A stretch of DNA of 64,000 nucleotides from Chrysomallon squamiferum (taxonomy: Eukaryota; Animalia; Mollusca): positions 31,682,001 to 31,746,000 of the forward strand of contig CM022671.1 of NCBI GenBank assembly GCA_012295275.1. Reading direction: 5' to 3'. The notes beneath the pieces are model-generated. The model searched no databases. It was not told the DNA's origin and saw only the letters and a list, made by a program, of their open reading frames with translations. Positions 12,799-27,677 of the stretch are shown piece by piece; position 1 is the stretch's first letter, and the number at the start of each line of letters is the position of its first letter. The translations under genes were made by a program, and so were the position numbers.

Positions 12799-13672
12799 AT
12801 AATAATAATAATAATAATCATAATACCAATAATAACAATAACAATAATGATAATACTAGTAGTAGTAGTAGTTGTTGTTATAGTTGTAGTAGTAACAGCA
12901 GTAGTGGCAGTGGCTAGAAACAGATGATAACGAAGATTTTTTTTTTTAATTCCTTTTAATATTTTATAAAGGCAAAATAACAACTGCTTTTATTATCATT
13001 ATCATCATCATCATTATCATTATCATCATCTTCAACATCTACATCAACATCATTTATTATTATTACTATCACCATCAAACTTAGATCAAAATGTGTTTAC
13101 TAATTTTTCTTTTGTTATATATATATATATATATCTGACTACAGAAAAGTAATATCCTGTGACATTTGGCTCTCTCGACATGCAACGCCAAGCCCAGGAT
13201 TCGCTTGGCGGTATATCTAATTGAAAGTGCTCGCGTTTCCAACTTTAGGTCACGATAAATAAACATTTAAAGCGAATTTACACGCGTACTGTGACCACCA
13301 TCTTTACTAGTTTATTGTGTAGCTATATCCGTGGTGTTTGCCAAGCGGATCTCAGGCTAAAGTGGTTTAAAAAAAAAATGTTGAAAACAAAAAAAAAAAA
13401 AAAAATTTTACTTAGAGAAGCAGAGAGAAACAAATTAGGCTAGGTATGGGTTGTAAGGATAGATGGCCCTAAAAAAGTAATTAACACACTAGTAGCAATA
13501 CTTAACACGTAGGAGGTATGTACATGCAGCTAGGTGAGATGTATATGTATAGCGTACGTATGAAATGTTAATCTCGAGTTAGTCCGGAAAAAAGAATTTA
13601 GTAGAAGTTTGACACAAGCAAACACATTCAAGCGCACATAAACATATAAACACATACCTACATTCACTCATT

Positions 13673-13704
<32 letters not shown>

Positions 13705-16700
13705 CATAAATATATACATACATACATTCATACATATATACATACATACATACATACATACATATACATATATACATACATACATATATACACACAGTTA
13801 TATACATATAAACATACATACAAATGCATACACGTACATATAATGTGTCTGTTTCTGTGTACAATTTGTCATATAGAATATACAATACTAATAACAGCTG
13901 TTATTTTTGTTTTTAAAACTACATGTACATAAAAATGGACACAATTAACATAACATACACATACGCACGTACGTACTCCTATACTTAAACAGCCTTTTAA
14001 CTAACATAAACAAACCAAAATATTGTACATTATAAAATTCCCCATTCATTCGTACTGTTAGTACTTTATTTACAATACAGGTCTTTTTTTTTTTTTTTTT
14101 TTTTTTTTTCCCCCTCATTCCGGGTAAACATTTTCTTATAATTTGACGCTGTTGATATTTGAAAACTCCCGTATTGCATATACTCAACAAAAACATTTTT
14201 TAACCTCTAAGCTACATACACAAATCCTCTGCCAATACACTTTACCCGACTTGGTTTGCAGGAACGAAAAACAAGTAGTATAAATATTTACTGAACTTCT
14301 AAGTAAATACTGAATATTTGAGATGGTGTTATTTAGAGCTAGCAGGGTATACAAAACACATTCGATATATTTATACATTGAAATATCAAATATATGACTT
14401 CTAAATGTATGTGATGAATTTACCTTTCGCCAGGAACGCGTTTTTTTTTTTAGGCATGTGGATAATATATGGATTGTGTATACATAATAGTTCTGTGTGT
14501 GCACGTATATATGTACATTTATGTATGTGTGTATATGTGTATGTGTGTGTGCGTGTCTGCGTGTACTGGTTTTTGATAAAAATAGCGAGGAAAAATAAGT
14601 ATTAGTTTAATCAATGCAGCTTTTGCCCGTTAAAATATGCATAACATCTTACTGAAGTTAATGGAAGATTTATTGTCAAGGGACAAGCCTCATAATAAGG
14701 TGCGTGGACAATATTTTCTTGGCAAAAGAAGGAAACTTATTCACGTCTGCTTGTTTCAGACAAACCGGTCTTCGACAAATTGGTCGAAGAGACCATACAA
14801 AGGGTTGTTAAATGTCGAGGTGTTTAAAGATGGTCAGTAATCATAGAGGTTGATTATGGAAGTTCCTGTACCGGTATAGGAAAATAGTGATTGATATAAT
14901 CGGTGATTTGTTGTTGTTGTTGTTGTTGTTGTCGTTGCTTTGTTTTTGTTGTTGTTGGTTTTTAATATATATATATTCTTAACTATAGAAGATTATTTAC
15001 CTTTTAATACGAAAAATATATTATTGATTATATTTATTTATTTTACATGCTTGGGAGTCGATGAAAGATTAAGGATTTGTCGGACTGGTCAAACGTCTAA
15101 AACATTGTGTCCATTCCTGATTTATATCAGTCAACGGCAGAGAAGCGTCTTTCGCTTCATTTGCGAGGTGGATAATGACATTAAATAAACAGAAGTCAGA
15201 TGGAAGGTTATGAAAAAAACAAAACTGACCAGCTGCGTCACGTGTCCATCCTATTCCACGTACAATTTTAATGGTCTGAGTGTTTTAAACATTAATGTCT
15301 TCATATTCAGTTTTTATTCTGTTCCTCGTATTGTTATTATTTTTCATTATTTATTACTCTTTCTTTTTTTCGTCAGTAGCTCAGACAATAATAGCAACAC
15401 GTTTTCATTTCATACACACATACAATACATACATCATTATTCAAAAACAGCATATGTGTCAAAACCTAGTAAACATTAATAGTAATTTACAAATGTTAAA
15501 TCAATATCCATTCTTTATTACCTCTTACAAACCTCACAACCGCCGTGGTCATTGTATAGACTGTATATATGTATACACATAATAAACAGAGATAATTAAA
15601 TTACATATGCTATACATACCTCACGTATTCCTCTTTATCAATGTTAATAACACACACAGCAATGAAATATATCCACAGTTTCATTCAGTATATACTCTGT
15701 ATATTACAGATAAAGGCAAAATTCAAAATATAATCATATTCAAAGAGACACATCCCATTTTTTTTTTTTTTTTTTTTTTTTTTTGTATATGTGTGTGTGT
15801 GTGTGTGTATTTTGCGAACAGGACCTACAGAAGGTTATTGGAAGAGTTACTAATTATTCTTATTTTACGATAGGAACCTGTAGAAATCATGACAGCAACA
15901 AATTTTTATTTTTATTTTTATTTTTATTTTTTTATTTTTTATATAGCATAATAATCATGATAATGATGATATTGGTGATGAAGATAATGATGTATTTGTG
16001 AAACAGCTGATAATAATTTTCTGACGCAACCCCATTTATAAATAACTTATAAGCTAAATAAACTGAAGGTCGAGATCTCATTTAGCCTAGTTTGGTTGTA
16101 AAGTTTTATTTTCTGATATAACCTGTTAAATATGGTGAATACAGCTTGCTTTAGCTTAGGACCTGGTCACATTTAAATCCGGTTCTACGTTCAGTGACCG
16201 AACAGGTTTTATCACTTAGTTTTAACTACCGCCATCTTTATTCTTGACACGATGCTTTAGCAGACGTCAGATTCAAAAGCATGAAGGAAAACGTGCAGTG
16301 AGTGCAAAATAAAATAATATTTAGTTTCTTGTCTTCTCTCAGTTTCTTGTTTTTCACGTATACATATTTATGAAGTCACATCACAAAAGGCTAAAAAATA
16401 AAATAAAAAATTATAAATTCTCAAAAAGAATTTTTATTACGTAAAAGATTTAGAATTAATTCCTGTTCATGTTGCGGAACTAATGCTTTTTTTTTAAGAG
16501 ACCAGAATATATAAATAAATACAAGAAAAAAGAAAGAAAGAAAGATAATGAAATTATTTCCAAAGTGTCCTTTACTAACTTTTTAAATTTATCTAGCTCA
16601 TATTAGAAAAGATTTGGTCTTAATAAATTCAGCTAGTACTATAAAAGTCATTGTTATACATACACCTATAATGAAAAGAATAAATGAAAAAGCAAACTAC

Positions 16701-17449
16701 TATGATATGTAGTTACTGGAGCTAAAAGTTACATTATATTGTATCAAGGATGTTTTGCTGATAAAGAAGGATGCATAAGATCGAATGATTTTTGGAGGAT
16801 TTTTTTTTATCAAACTTTTGAAATAAATAAATAAATAGTTAAATAAATAGAGAATTATATCCACAAAAACTCAGACAAATTTTCGGACCATGATTATTTC
16901 TGACAGAATTTCTTGGATTCGCTCGGCAGAATAAGAACACACAATGCAGTCAGTCACTCTTAAAGGTGTAAATCTTGAATACATAAGTATTTACAGGTAA
17001 ATTCACGCCTCGCTGATTCCTACAAGTTACAGTTTTGTTTACAAGTACATACATCCTTCAGAAAGGGACTAAACCCATAATATCACAGTAATTAATTGTT
17101 GTTTTTCCGTGACCTGAGTAATTGACCCGTCAAACGAAAAACACATTCAGACAGCTCGTCCATGATAATAAAATACTTAACAGATATTTTATAAGCGAAA
17201 TTAAGGAAAAGGTCACTTGTAAAGTATTCTGTTTTTATTCTGTTTTAATCCGTGAAAAAGAATATATATGTATATATACAAAAGGTGTCCAAAATATAAA
17301 AAGTTAGTTTCAATAGTAAGGTTATAAATTATGATACTGCTGTATTTGTTGATTTCCAGCAGAAGTTATTGCTTGAACAGAAAGTGCTAAACTTTCCATA
17401 ACCAATTCAATGCTTCTCTATTAACAACAACAAGGGAAAAAAAAAAAAA

Positions 17450-17670
17450 AAAGAATGTTTAAATATTCGTCAGTATCACTTAATATTTTCGGCTATTAGC
17501 CATCAAATATAAAACTGTTTATGATATATTGACTATGGGAAGTGAAACCCGCGGTCATTACTTCACGGGTTAATCTCATCTATTAGCAGCAACAATTTTA
17601 CAATTATATACCTTCCCGCAGACAGGGAAAACATTTAATAAACCAATCATAGGAGTCTGGCTGAAGGTTA
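17450..17670 (-). mobile_element. Degenerate SINE-like dispersed repeat; similar fragments at ~3318-3362, ~3700-3800, ~3860-3915, ~61720-61860
   Basis: The motifs cggctatt..catcaaa, gaaacccgc, attagcagcaa, tcccgcagacagg, aaaccaatcat..ctggctg occur in the order I recall for gastropod tRNA-derived SINEs. Partial similarity between in-window copies is visible. Family identity is from memory and unverified. Confidence 0.5.
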
Positions 17671-17746
17671 AACATTTTTTAATTTTAAAAGTATATTTCC
17701 AGAAAGCGAAAACATAGGAACAGAAACATGCTAAATGACTGAGAGT

Positions 17747-17856
<110 letters not shown>

Positions 17857-18325
17857 CACCCACCCACACACATGAACATACAAGTACAAAGTATATGATT
17901 TTTGTACAATATGTACTGACGATAATTATGTGCTGTGACTGAAAATGAATTATTGGATACGCCCTTGATTAACTAGAAAATAATAGTTTTAACTTCACTG
18001 AAGTTATTTATCAAACAACATGAGGTACAAATGAAAGATTTATGTGATATCTACGTGGCTCAGATCATAACTAAACGTTCGCTTCTTCATTTCCGTTCTA
18101 CGGCTATGGAAACTAAATCGTGCGTAGCTAATGTAGTCAAATAAAAGTCATTATTTAAAAGTTAAACCTATCTATAATTATCTAATAAATTTTAAAACGA
18201 AATTCTAGCAGGTGATTAACGTAAGCATAACGAGATAGAAAATTGAATAAATGAATGAATGAATGCAAAAAAAAAAGACAGACTGACAGAGTTGTAAAGA
18301 AAAGGTCAAGGAGAAAGTTATAAAA

Positions 18326-18392
<67 letters not shown>

Positions 18393-19018
18393 ACACACAC
18401 ACACACACACACAAGGAGTGAGAAGAATCAGAAATGAATGATGGAGATGAAAAAACTAATGAGACACAATGATCGAGTGAATAAGTGATTGCAAAATAAA
18501 ACTCCCGCACTTCTGTTTCTCTTCCCAAAAAATTTACTCTGTCCCGTTTTAACTGCAAGACGTCTTTTTATTTTCTCTCAAAGAAAGAACAATATATAAA
18601 TATGGAGAAAAAAAAAAAAAATAGAAAAAAAAAAAAAAAGAACGTAAAAGCAAATGCACCATCAGAAAAACCAAATGCATTGTAGCAAGGGAAAAGAAAA
18701 TGATATGGCGGATTAACCGAGACATCACGCCTCAGCTCGTGATCCACTGAACAGAAGAGTTTAGACCTACATGAAAGATGTCTAGATACGTTTGTTTATA
18801 AGAGTCCCAACACACGTAACATCTCTCTGCTGGGCCTGGCCTGCTTTGTGCACGGGAGTGGTGGGTACTGAAATATGCCAGAAATTTCTTTATCAGCGAT
18901 TAGTAATTTACGTCTTACGTTACACTATTATTACATTACAGACACTGATGCTAAATTTGTTTTTAGAAACCAACGAGCTAGAAAGTTTAAGATTTGGGCT
19001 TCTTGGCGGTAAGAAAAG

Positions 19019-19059
<41 letters not shown>

Positions 19060-19645
19060 GTTTAGGTCTACAGCATTTGTTTGGGTAGTTGCCAAAAACG
19101 TTGCAAATAAAAATGTATTTTGCTATTTAAATTCCAAAGTGGTAGCGGTTATAAGATTTCAGTATTTACATAAAGGTCTGTTTATATATCATCCTCTGCG
19201 AGATATTTTATTTACAAAAAGTACATAATCTTGATTTTTTGCTTTTTTTCTGAGGTTCGTATAAGCAGTCTGCATACACAGTTTAGACATTCTTAAAATT
19301 TATTTTCGTATTGTCTTAAATTAATCAAAACCGTTTTCCACAAAGGAATAACAACATAATTTATTATAAATAAATAAATAAGTAAACAAATAAATAACAC
19401 TAAAAAACCCAAACATAATAATGTTAACTATACTGATTAGGATGACGATAATAATAAGTATGTAAATAAGCAAACAAATAAATGAAATAAATAAATGATT
19501 CATTATTTAGCTAGATATTCTCTTGTAAACTACAGAAAACATTTTTAATAAGATACATACAGAAAATATTCAAGTGTACATATATATAAAGAAGATCTAT
19601 CTATCTGTATATACACAGAGAGATAAGAACTTTCTGTTGGTGCTG

Positions 19646-19692
<47 letters not shown>

Positions 19693-21062
19693 GTTGTAAT
19701 TGTTATTATTATTATTATTATTGTTGTTGTTGTTGTTGTTGTTGTTGTTATTATTATTATTATTAAATGCAAATCCATGCCAACAAAACATCTATTGTAT
19801 TAAATTTGAAATATAGCCAAATAAATCTTCAATAACTCTTCCAGGCCTGAAATGATCAATATATATTCTGCTTTAATAACGCCAGTGTCCATTAATCTCA
19901 AGAATTTAAATCAGGACTAAGTTTTAATAGAAAATAACAAGAAATTGCTTGTATAAAATAAAGTAACAGCTGTCATAACATGAATTCGTAGAAACATATT
20001 GCGTAATACAACAATATCATTCGAAAAATGATATTATGGTTAAAATATGATAATGATAAACGATGATGATTGAAATGATTTTAATGATAATGTGGTACAG
20101 ATGGTATTTATTATTATGATTTTAATGTCACTTCAGATGGTTTTCGTTATAAAATTAATGAACATAATGATTAAAAAAAAAACCAAACTTTAGTGACAGT
20201 TATGATTAAAATTGTATTAATGATGATAAAAAGGATTTTAATAATGATTAAGATTATTTTAATCATTATGACGACAATAAAAGTGGTTTAAAGATGATTA
20301 ATGTACTTTTATAACACGAAACACAACTAGGATAATCAAGATAATTGTTGTTATGATCAGTATTATTTCAGTTCTGTAATAAAATCTCACTTACTTTTGG
20401 TCTTAACTTTTCCTACACAATATCTCTTAACAGTCTGCCTCCAAGAACAACTTCTAAACTCGCACTGTGTCCCGCATCCTATCCAGTCTTTTTTTTTTCT
20501 TTAAAAAAAATAAAGAATAATCTTCTTTTGTAAGTTATCGTCTACCCATCACAAACAATCACTGGATCACAACAAACAGACGTATCAAACAAGGGCATCA
20601 GATCCAAAGCTTTCAGACGCAGCACCAGAAGACACGTGATGCATAAAGCAAAATTAAATAGTTTATGGTGTCTCTTGGTTGTGTCAAGCAGATATATGTA
20701 AGATTAGTGGTCTCTGTCGGCTTCAACTTTATTATGTATACGCCTAACCGCTTGACTGAGCACACAAACAGGTTCTGTGGCGTTTGTTTCCGTAGCTTTC
20801 AGTATCTATTTTTCTTCACGCAAAAGGTCGCGTTAAAAGCAGAATGACTTAACAAATTTTTTCGGGAGTGATGAATATTCTCGTTCTTTTTTTTTTTTTT
20901 TTTTTTTTTTTCTTTTGAAATTTAAAAAAGAAAGAAAAAAGAATAGATGTTAAAATCATAAAATCAGTTTGTAATAGATATGAAGTTTGAAAGTAAAGTG
21001 AAATGAAAGTAAAAAGTAAAAAAGAAAGAAAAGAAAAAGAAGAAAAAAGAAATAACACAAAC

Positions 21063-21139
<77 letters not shown>

Positions 21140-21458
21140 AAGTGGATTATCTGACAGCATTTTATGATACAACTTTTCTTCGTTTTCATTTATTATTTAT
21201 TTTACGAAAAAGGAATAAAAAAAATAATTAAAACGTAAACCACTTCTAAAAGCTAAAGATGGACAGAGGGTGTTAGAGAGACACAGAGAGATGTAAACTG
21301 TTAATAAAGAAAATAATGAAACACTACAATAATTAAAACCACTTTAGTGAATCTTAATTAATTCTATTACTGATATTACTTTTTCTACTTATTACAAATA
21401 CTATTACAGCTACTACTGCTATCTGTATTAGTACACGCCTGTTACTTTTGAATGTTTA

Positions 21459-21502
<44 letters not shown>

Positions 21503-21752
21503 TGAATATAATCATTTTCATATTCAGTTAATTTATTGTGTAGGTTATTATATATCAGCAAATTTTGTTTCCCCTTCACCTGAAAAGATTCCTTCGAAGT
21601 ACTATTACTACTACCACTATTACTATTCCGACTGATATACATATTGCAGTAATAATAATTATTATAACTATGATAAAAAGAAAAACAGAATTGCAACTCT
21701 ACTAACAACAGCAAACTCAACAGCAACAGCAATAACAAGAAAAACAATAACA

Positions 21753-21805
<53 letters not shown>

Positions 21806-22454
21806 CTTACCAATATTCCTGGCAAAAAGTATATTTAAATTTCAATGGACGATAAAAAAAATGTACACTTGTTCTTCTTTGTAAATATAGTTTCAGCTTC
21901 TGTGAACTTTCTCCTGTTGAAGACACCTAGTTAAGGATGTGTTTAGTTAATGTGAATGTTTTCACCATTCACACGTTTATTATCACAAAGTCATGTTTTT
22001 ATGCAGACCTAAGTCAGTGTTTTGTCGAACTATCTGAACTTAGAACGTGACATTATATTATTTACTATGTCCGTGTGATAGTTTTCTTTTTCTTTTCATT
22101 TTGCTTTTTCTTTATTATTATTGTTGTTGTTGTTGTTATTAATATTATATAATCATAACCATAATAATAAGAAGAAGAAGAAGAAGAAGAAAAAGAAGAG
22201 GAAGAAGAAGAAAGTTAAGATTATATTTTTACAGTAACCACATATAACAATAAGAAGAACAAGAAGAAGAAGAAGAACAATATACAAAAAATTGCACGAT
22301 TGTAATGAAGTTAATGATTTTATTTAAGAATTTAGTAACGCAGACTATAAAATAAGTAATTTTTATGTTCTCAAATGAATTTCAGTCAGTCTTTAAATCG
22401 AATCCGCTAATTAGAGCGTTATTCTGGAAACAAAAAGATTAAAAATATGATGAG

Positions 22455-22510
<56 letters not shown>

Positions 22511-22770
22511 AATAAATATAACAAAAATAGTATGTTGCAGATTGATTATTTTCACAAAAAATGTCATTATGGGTTCGTGCTAATAAATTAACAAGTAAAT
22601 CTATTATAAAAATATAAAATAAATTAATTAATAACATTAAAAAATAAAACCTAGAGCAGAAACGAAAGGACATAATAAAATGTGGATTTTTATCGTCTGT
22701 AATTCTAAGGAAGACAACTCTGCAATTCTATTTCTGAAAATGTTTTAACGTCTATTTTTATTCTATTTTT

Positions 22771-22778
22771 ACTTCCGG
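22771..22778. promoter_or_regulatory. ETS/GABP-type motif ACTTCCGG just upstream of the TEX264 start
   Basis: Exact ACTTCCGG ~20 nt before the ATG, next to a CpG-retaining first exon; typical of housekeeping promoters. Confidence 0.4.
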
Positions 22779-22797
22779 ATTTAACACTTCCTTCAAG

Positions 22798-23954
22798 ATG
22801 GAAGAAACTGGTTTAATATTTTTTGGAATCATTGGTCTTCTTTTGATTCTTCTGATAACAATATCAATATTGATTATATATTCCGGGGTATTTTATTCGG
22901 TGGTTGTCCGCGCTGGACCACCTCCGTTTGGCGAAATTGTCATAGCGTACAAGTTTACGCGAGGTTCTTACAAAGGAGCTGGGCCATTATTCACCGAAGT
23001 GGCGACAATTGCACCCGACAACAAAGCAGTGGGCATTTATTACGATAATCCAAAGTGGGTTAGTTGTCTAATGATTTATACAACATTATCTAATTGATCT
23101 ACGGCCCTAATGTGACAATTTATTCAGTAATATACTTTTTATTATACATTTAGTGATTTTATGGTAAATAATAAAATTAGATAAATGAAACCGATAAATT
23201 AATAAGTTCTGTAAATATTAGTCTGATTAGAGTAATTATTTTTAATTTTTTAATAATAATAACAACAATAATAATAAATTAAAAATTAAAAATAAGACTA
23301 AGAGAGGAAGAAAGAAAATGATTGTTATGTTACTTTATTAATTTAGATCAAAATAAGAGTAACAAACAAAACAATTCTCAATACAGTATTATACATTTAG
23401 TGATTTTATGGTAAATCATAAAATTAGATAAATGAAACCGATAAATTAATAAGTTTGTTATGTTACTTTATTAATTTAGATCAAAATAAGAGTAACAAAC
23501 AAAACAATTCTCAATACAGTATTATACATTTAGTGATTTTATGGTAAATCATAAAATTAGATAAATGAAACCAATAAATTAATAAGTTTGTTATGTTACT
23601 TTATTAATTTAGATCAAAACAAGAGTAACAAACAAAACAATTCTCAATACAGTATTATACATTTAGTGATTTTATGGTAAATCATAAAATTAGATAAATG
23701 AAACCGATAAATTTATAAGTTCTGTAAATATTAGTCTGATTAGAGTAATTATTTTTAATTTTTTAATAATAATAATAACAACAATAATAATAAATTAAAA
23801 ATTAAAAATAAGACTAAGAGAGGAAGAAAGAAAATGATTGTTATGTTACTTTATTAATTTAGATCAAAACAAGAGTAACAAACAAAACAATTCTCAATAC
23901 AGTATAGAATAACTACTCATTATTATTATTAACATTATTATTATTAGTGTGGTC

Positions 23955-24011
<57 letters not shown>

Positions 24012-26015
24012 TTATTATTATTATTATTTCCACAGGATTCTGATAACCTGAGGTATATCGTTGGGTCAGTTTTGTCTGATAAAAAGTCTGAAAACTGTGA
24101 AGTAGATGAGAAACTGAAGAGAAAATTTCTTGATAATAATTTTAAGCTGCACACCCTGCCAGAAGTGACCAATGTTGTAAAAACATCTTTTCCATACATT
24201 AGTCTGCTTTCAATATTCATTGCCCTTTACAAAGTTTATCCAAGAATTGGAGAATATATTGAGGTAAGATATTTTTGTATGGTTTGTATTTATTACAATA
24301 AATTATTGTGTACGTATAATACATAATAAGACACTTGTTTTTTGTGAATATGTTGTTGTTTTTTTAAATTATTGTATGAAAAATAATTTTGTTTATAAAT
24401 TGCAAATGAAAGATTCTTAATTATAGTTTGCAAATAAATAAAATACATCTTAAAAAATTAAAAGATGATTGCCAAAAAAATAAAATTAAAAATTAAAATG
24501 TTACCTTGATAATTAACATTAACTGTTTTCTCTGGCTATCCCAGACCTTTCCAATGATTATCTTGTTAATTAATGTATTTTATATTTTTATAATAGATTT
24601 ACCAATTAGTTGGCAATAATTTATTAGTGTTAAATACTCTAATAATTACTGTTACTGTTATTTATTTGCTTGCATATTATTTTTTTTATTTTTATTTAAT
24701 TCCAGGAACATAAACTCTGTGCTCGTCCCATTGTGGAAATGTATGATGGTCAAACTATTCATTTCTTTGCTCCTCTGGCACAACAGGATCATTTCTACGT
24801 TCCAGAGTGTTTGAGTGAAGAGAACAAAGATCTTGAAACCACCCTTGATGAGTCAACCATCCGAGACACAACTTTTACCACAGATGATCAAACATTTGAT
24901 TCAAGCAGTCTGAGTGTGGAGTTGAGTGTAACACCAATAAGTAAGATTTCTCTACATTTGTGTTATTGTTACTAGCTAGAGTAATTAATTTTTTTTTTTT
25001 TTTTTTTCTTTGGGTATTTGTTTTATTTTTATATATATATTTATTTATTTATTTATTTATTATTTTTGTTTTAATTTATTTATTTTTTTTTTTATTTTTT
25101 TTTATTATTATATTAAAATGTTTCTTCTTCTTTTTATTTATTATACTTTTGTTTCTCTCTTGTTTTTTTCTTTTCCAGTATCTTACACAAAACCATTAAT
25201 CTCTTTATTTACATTTTATTTTCTGTTCTGTTTAATATAATATATAGATAGATAGACATATTTTACTTTATTTCAGAGTTTTCATCTAGAAAATTGAAAT
25301 ATGCATAGGAGTTTGGCTCAGGAGTAGTAGACAGCTGGATCAGATTTCTTTGTGTAATTTTTAGTTTGCTACAGTTGCGATGTCTTATATACATTTCTCA
25401 TGGAAAGGATAGCTTAAGCCAATCCTTTTGAAAAAAGAGGACTTTCTGGATTGGGAAATAATCTAGAGGGCACACTTGTCATGAATCACCAGTATTGGGA
25501 AACAGATTTTAATAAATTTAGACCAGAAACTGTCACCAAAGTAATCCTAATAAAAACATGCAATTTGTAAATGTTAATAAGTTTGCTAATAAAGAAGAAA
25601 CAATCAAATGTAATAGTTTAAAATAAATGTATTGATTTTTTATTTTTTGTTTAACTTTTATTTTTTATTTTTTCCGATGAAAGAAATTACAGTTGGTGAC
25701 CATGGTGCCAAAGAGGGTGACTCTGTCAGCAAATCAGAAATTGCTGAAGAAACTAAACCTGAAGAAACTAAACCTGAAGAAACTAAACCCGAAGAAACCA
25801 AACCTGAAGAAACCAATCCTGAAGAAACCAAACCTGAAGAAACCAATCCTGAAGAAGGAGTTGAAACTATATCTCAAGTTATTTCCCTTGAGTTGACCTC
25901 TTCAGCAGCAAAAGAAAATGAAAGTGGATCAGAAGCCAGCACAAGTTCTTCCTTTGAAGACATAAAGATGGAATCAGAGGAATTTAAAGAAGATGAATCC
26001 AAGAAAGAGAAGTAA
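22798..26015 (+). CDS. TEX264: TEX264 ER-phagy receptor homologue; exons 22798-23058, 24036-24263, 24706-24940, 25693-26015 (348 aa)
   Basis: N-terminal TM anchor; GyrI-like domain motifs (AYKFTRGSYKGAGPLFTE, GIYYDNP, LCARPIVEMY..IHFFAPLAQQDHFYVPE); acidic IDR with SSFEDI LIR. All introns are GT-AG, phases are consistent, total 1047 nt. Confidence 0.95.
23141..23903. repeat. Compound tandem repeat in TEX264 intron 1: long(247)-short(133)-short(133)-long(250) units
   Basis: Each unit starts attatacatttagtgattttatgg and ends caattctcaatacagt; unit starts at 23141, 23388, 23521, 23654. Confidence 0.9.
25746..25856 (+). repeat. Coding 15-bp tandem repeat, 7 x EET(K/N)P in the TEX264 IDR
   Basis: gaagaaac(t/c)aa(a/t)cc(t/c) units read directly. 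Confidence 0.95.
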
Positions 26016-26099
26016 TGATCTATTTGTAACTTGTCTTAGATGTTTTCAGAACTATGTTAATAATTTAGATTAAATACATACATATATATATACATATAT

Positions 26100-26307
<208 letters not shown>

Positions 26308-27634
26308 CATAACACATTGCAGTTCAGAAAATATTGGTGAGCATAAACTATTTTATTGGGGGTCTGGTTATTTAAGTTCCATGATATGTAAAAACAAAAT
26401 TTATGAAAATAAATAACAAAAGTATCAATACACAAACTAATTAATTTATTTTTTTGTTTGTTTGTTTAACTGTTGATTTGACATTATTCTTCCAAAATTC
26501 AGTTTTTTATATGTCTAAATTTCAGTCTTTATTGATACTTGTAACAGCGTAATAATTAATCAAAAATCAATCTTTGTAATTTCAACTTTTAAAATTGAAT
26601 TGAAAATAAGCCTATTTATAAATACAATTTATTCTTGCAAGCATAACTAGGACATCTTACACATATATAAATTGGTGAAAAATGGTTCAGATATTATGCC
26701 AACCTCAGTAAAATTTTATCTCACCTGTATTTTACTGGTATTGATTAGTTAGAAGGTCACTAAAAAGTTTTTATTTATTATAGTATTGAAAAGACTATTT
26801 ATAAATACAAATGTGAGAACAAATTTCTTTCAATATTACGCAAAAACATTTGTTGTTAGCTAGACTGATTATTGTTGTGGGTTGAAATTTTTGTTTTTTG
26901 TTTTTTTGCAATTTGTTTTGCTATGGATTAAATATTTAATACATTTTGAAATGATTCAGTAATTCAGAGATATTTTTTGTGGTTGTGTTTTCTTTAAGAA
27001 TTGTAATTTGTTTGTTGTTTTTTAAGCAAAATGTTAAAATAATTCATTGTTCTCCACAAAACATGTATAAAACTGTAAATCAGATTTTCAGTAATGAAAT
27101 GGTGCCATTATTTGGGCATTATGTCATTTTTTTATGTGCTCTGACTGTCATTAGCTTTGGTATATACTTTTATGTCATGGTGCTGTTTGACTTACTATTG
27201 CTATTATTTTTAAAAACCATTATTTTTTTTATTTTTTTTTCTAAAATATTAGTTATGATGTTTTTAACATATGGCTTAATACTAGAATATTAATTAAACT
27301 AGAGGTGTTACTATGTTTAGTATTTTTCTTTTGCGTGATGTAGAGCATGTATTTGAAAGTGCTAAAGATCATTGATATGCATTTGTAAGCCAATGTAAAG
27401 TTTATTTCACTGGTTTTATCATTCAGCTTGTTTGGTAATAGAACTTGCTGCTGTAAGAATTGATTAAAGTATTTTAAATAAGCTAGTCATAAAAAGAATA
27501 TGGTTTCAGTCATATTTACCCATTATATTATTATTTATGGTATATCTATTATAAATGATCTCATAAAAATACATGAAGGTCAGTGGTTCCTTATTAAGCA
27601 ATAGAAATAGTAGTAATAATGATAATAATTATTA

Positions 27635-27677
<43 letters not shown>

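Noticed and set aside
23141-23903. Repeat-spacer-like array (CRISPR-like)
   Set aside because: Eukaryotic intron; the intervening blocks are copies of each other rather than unique spacers; no cas genes
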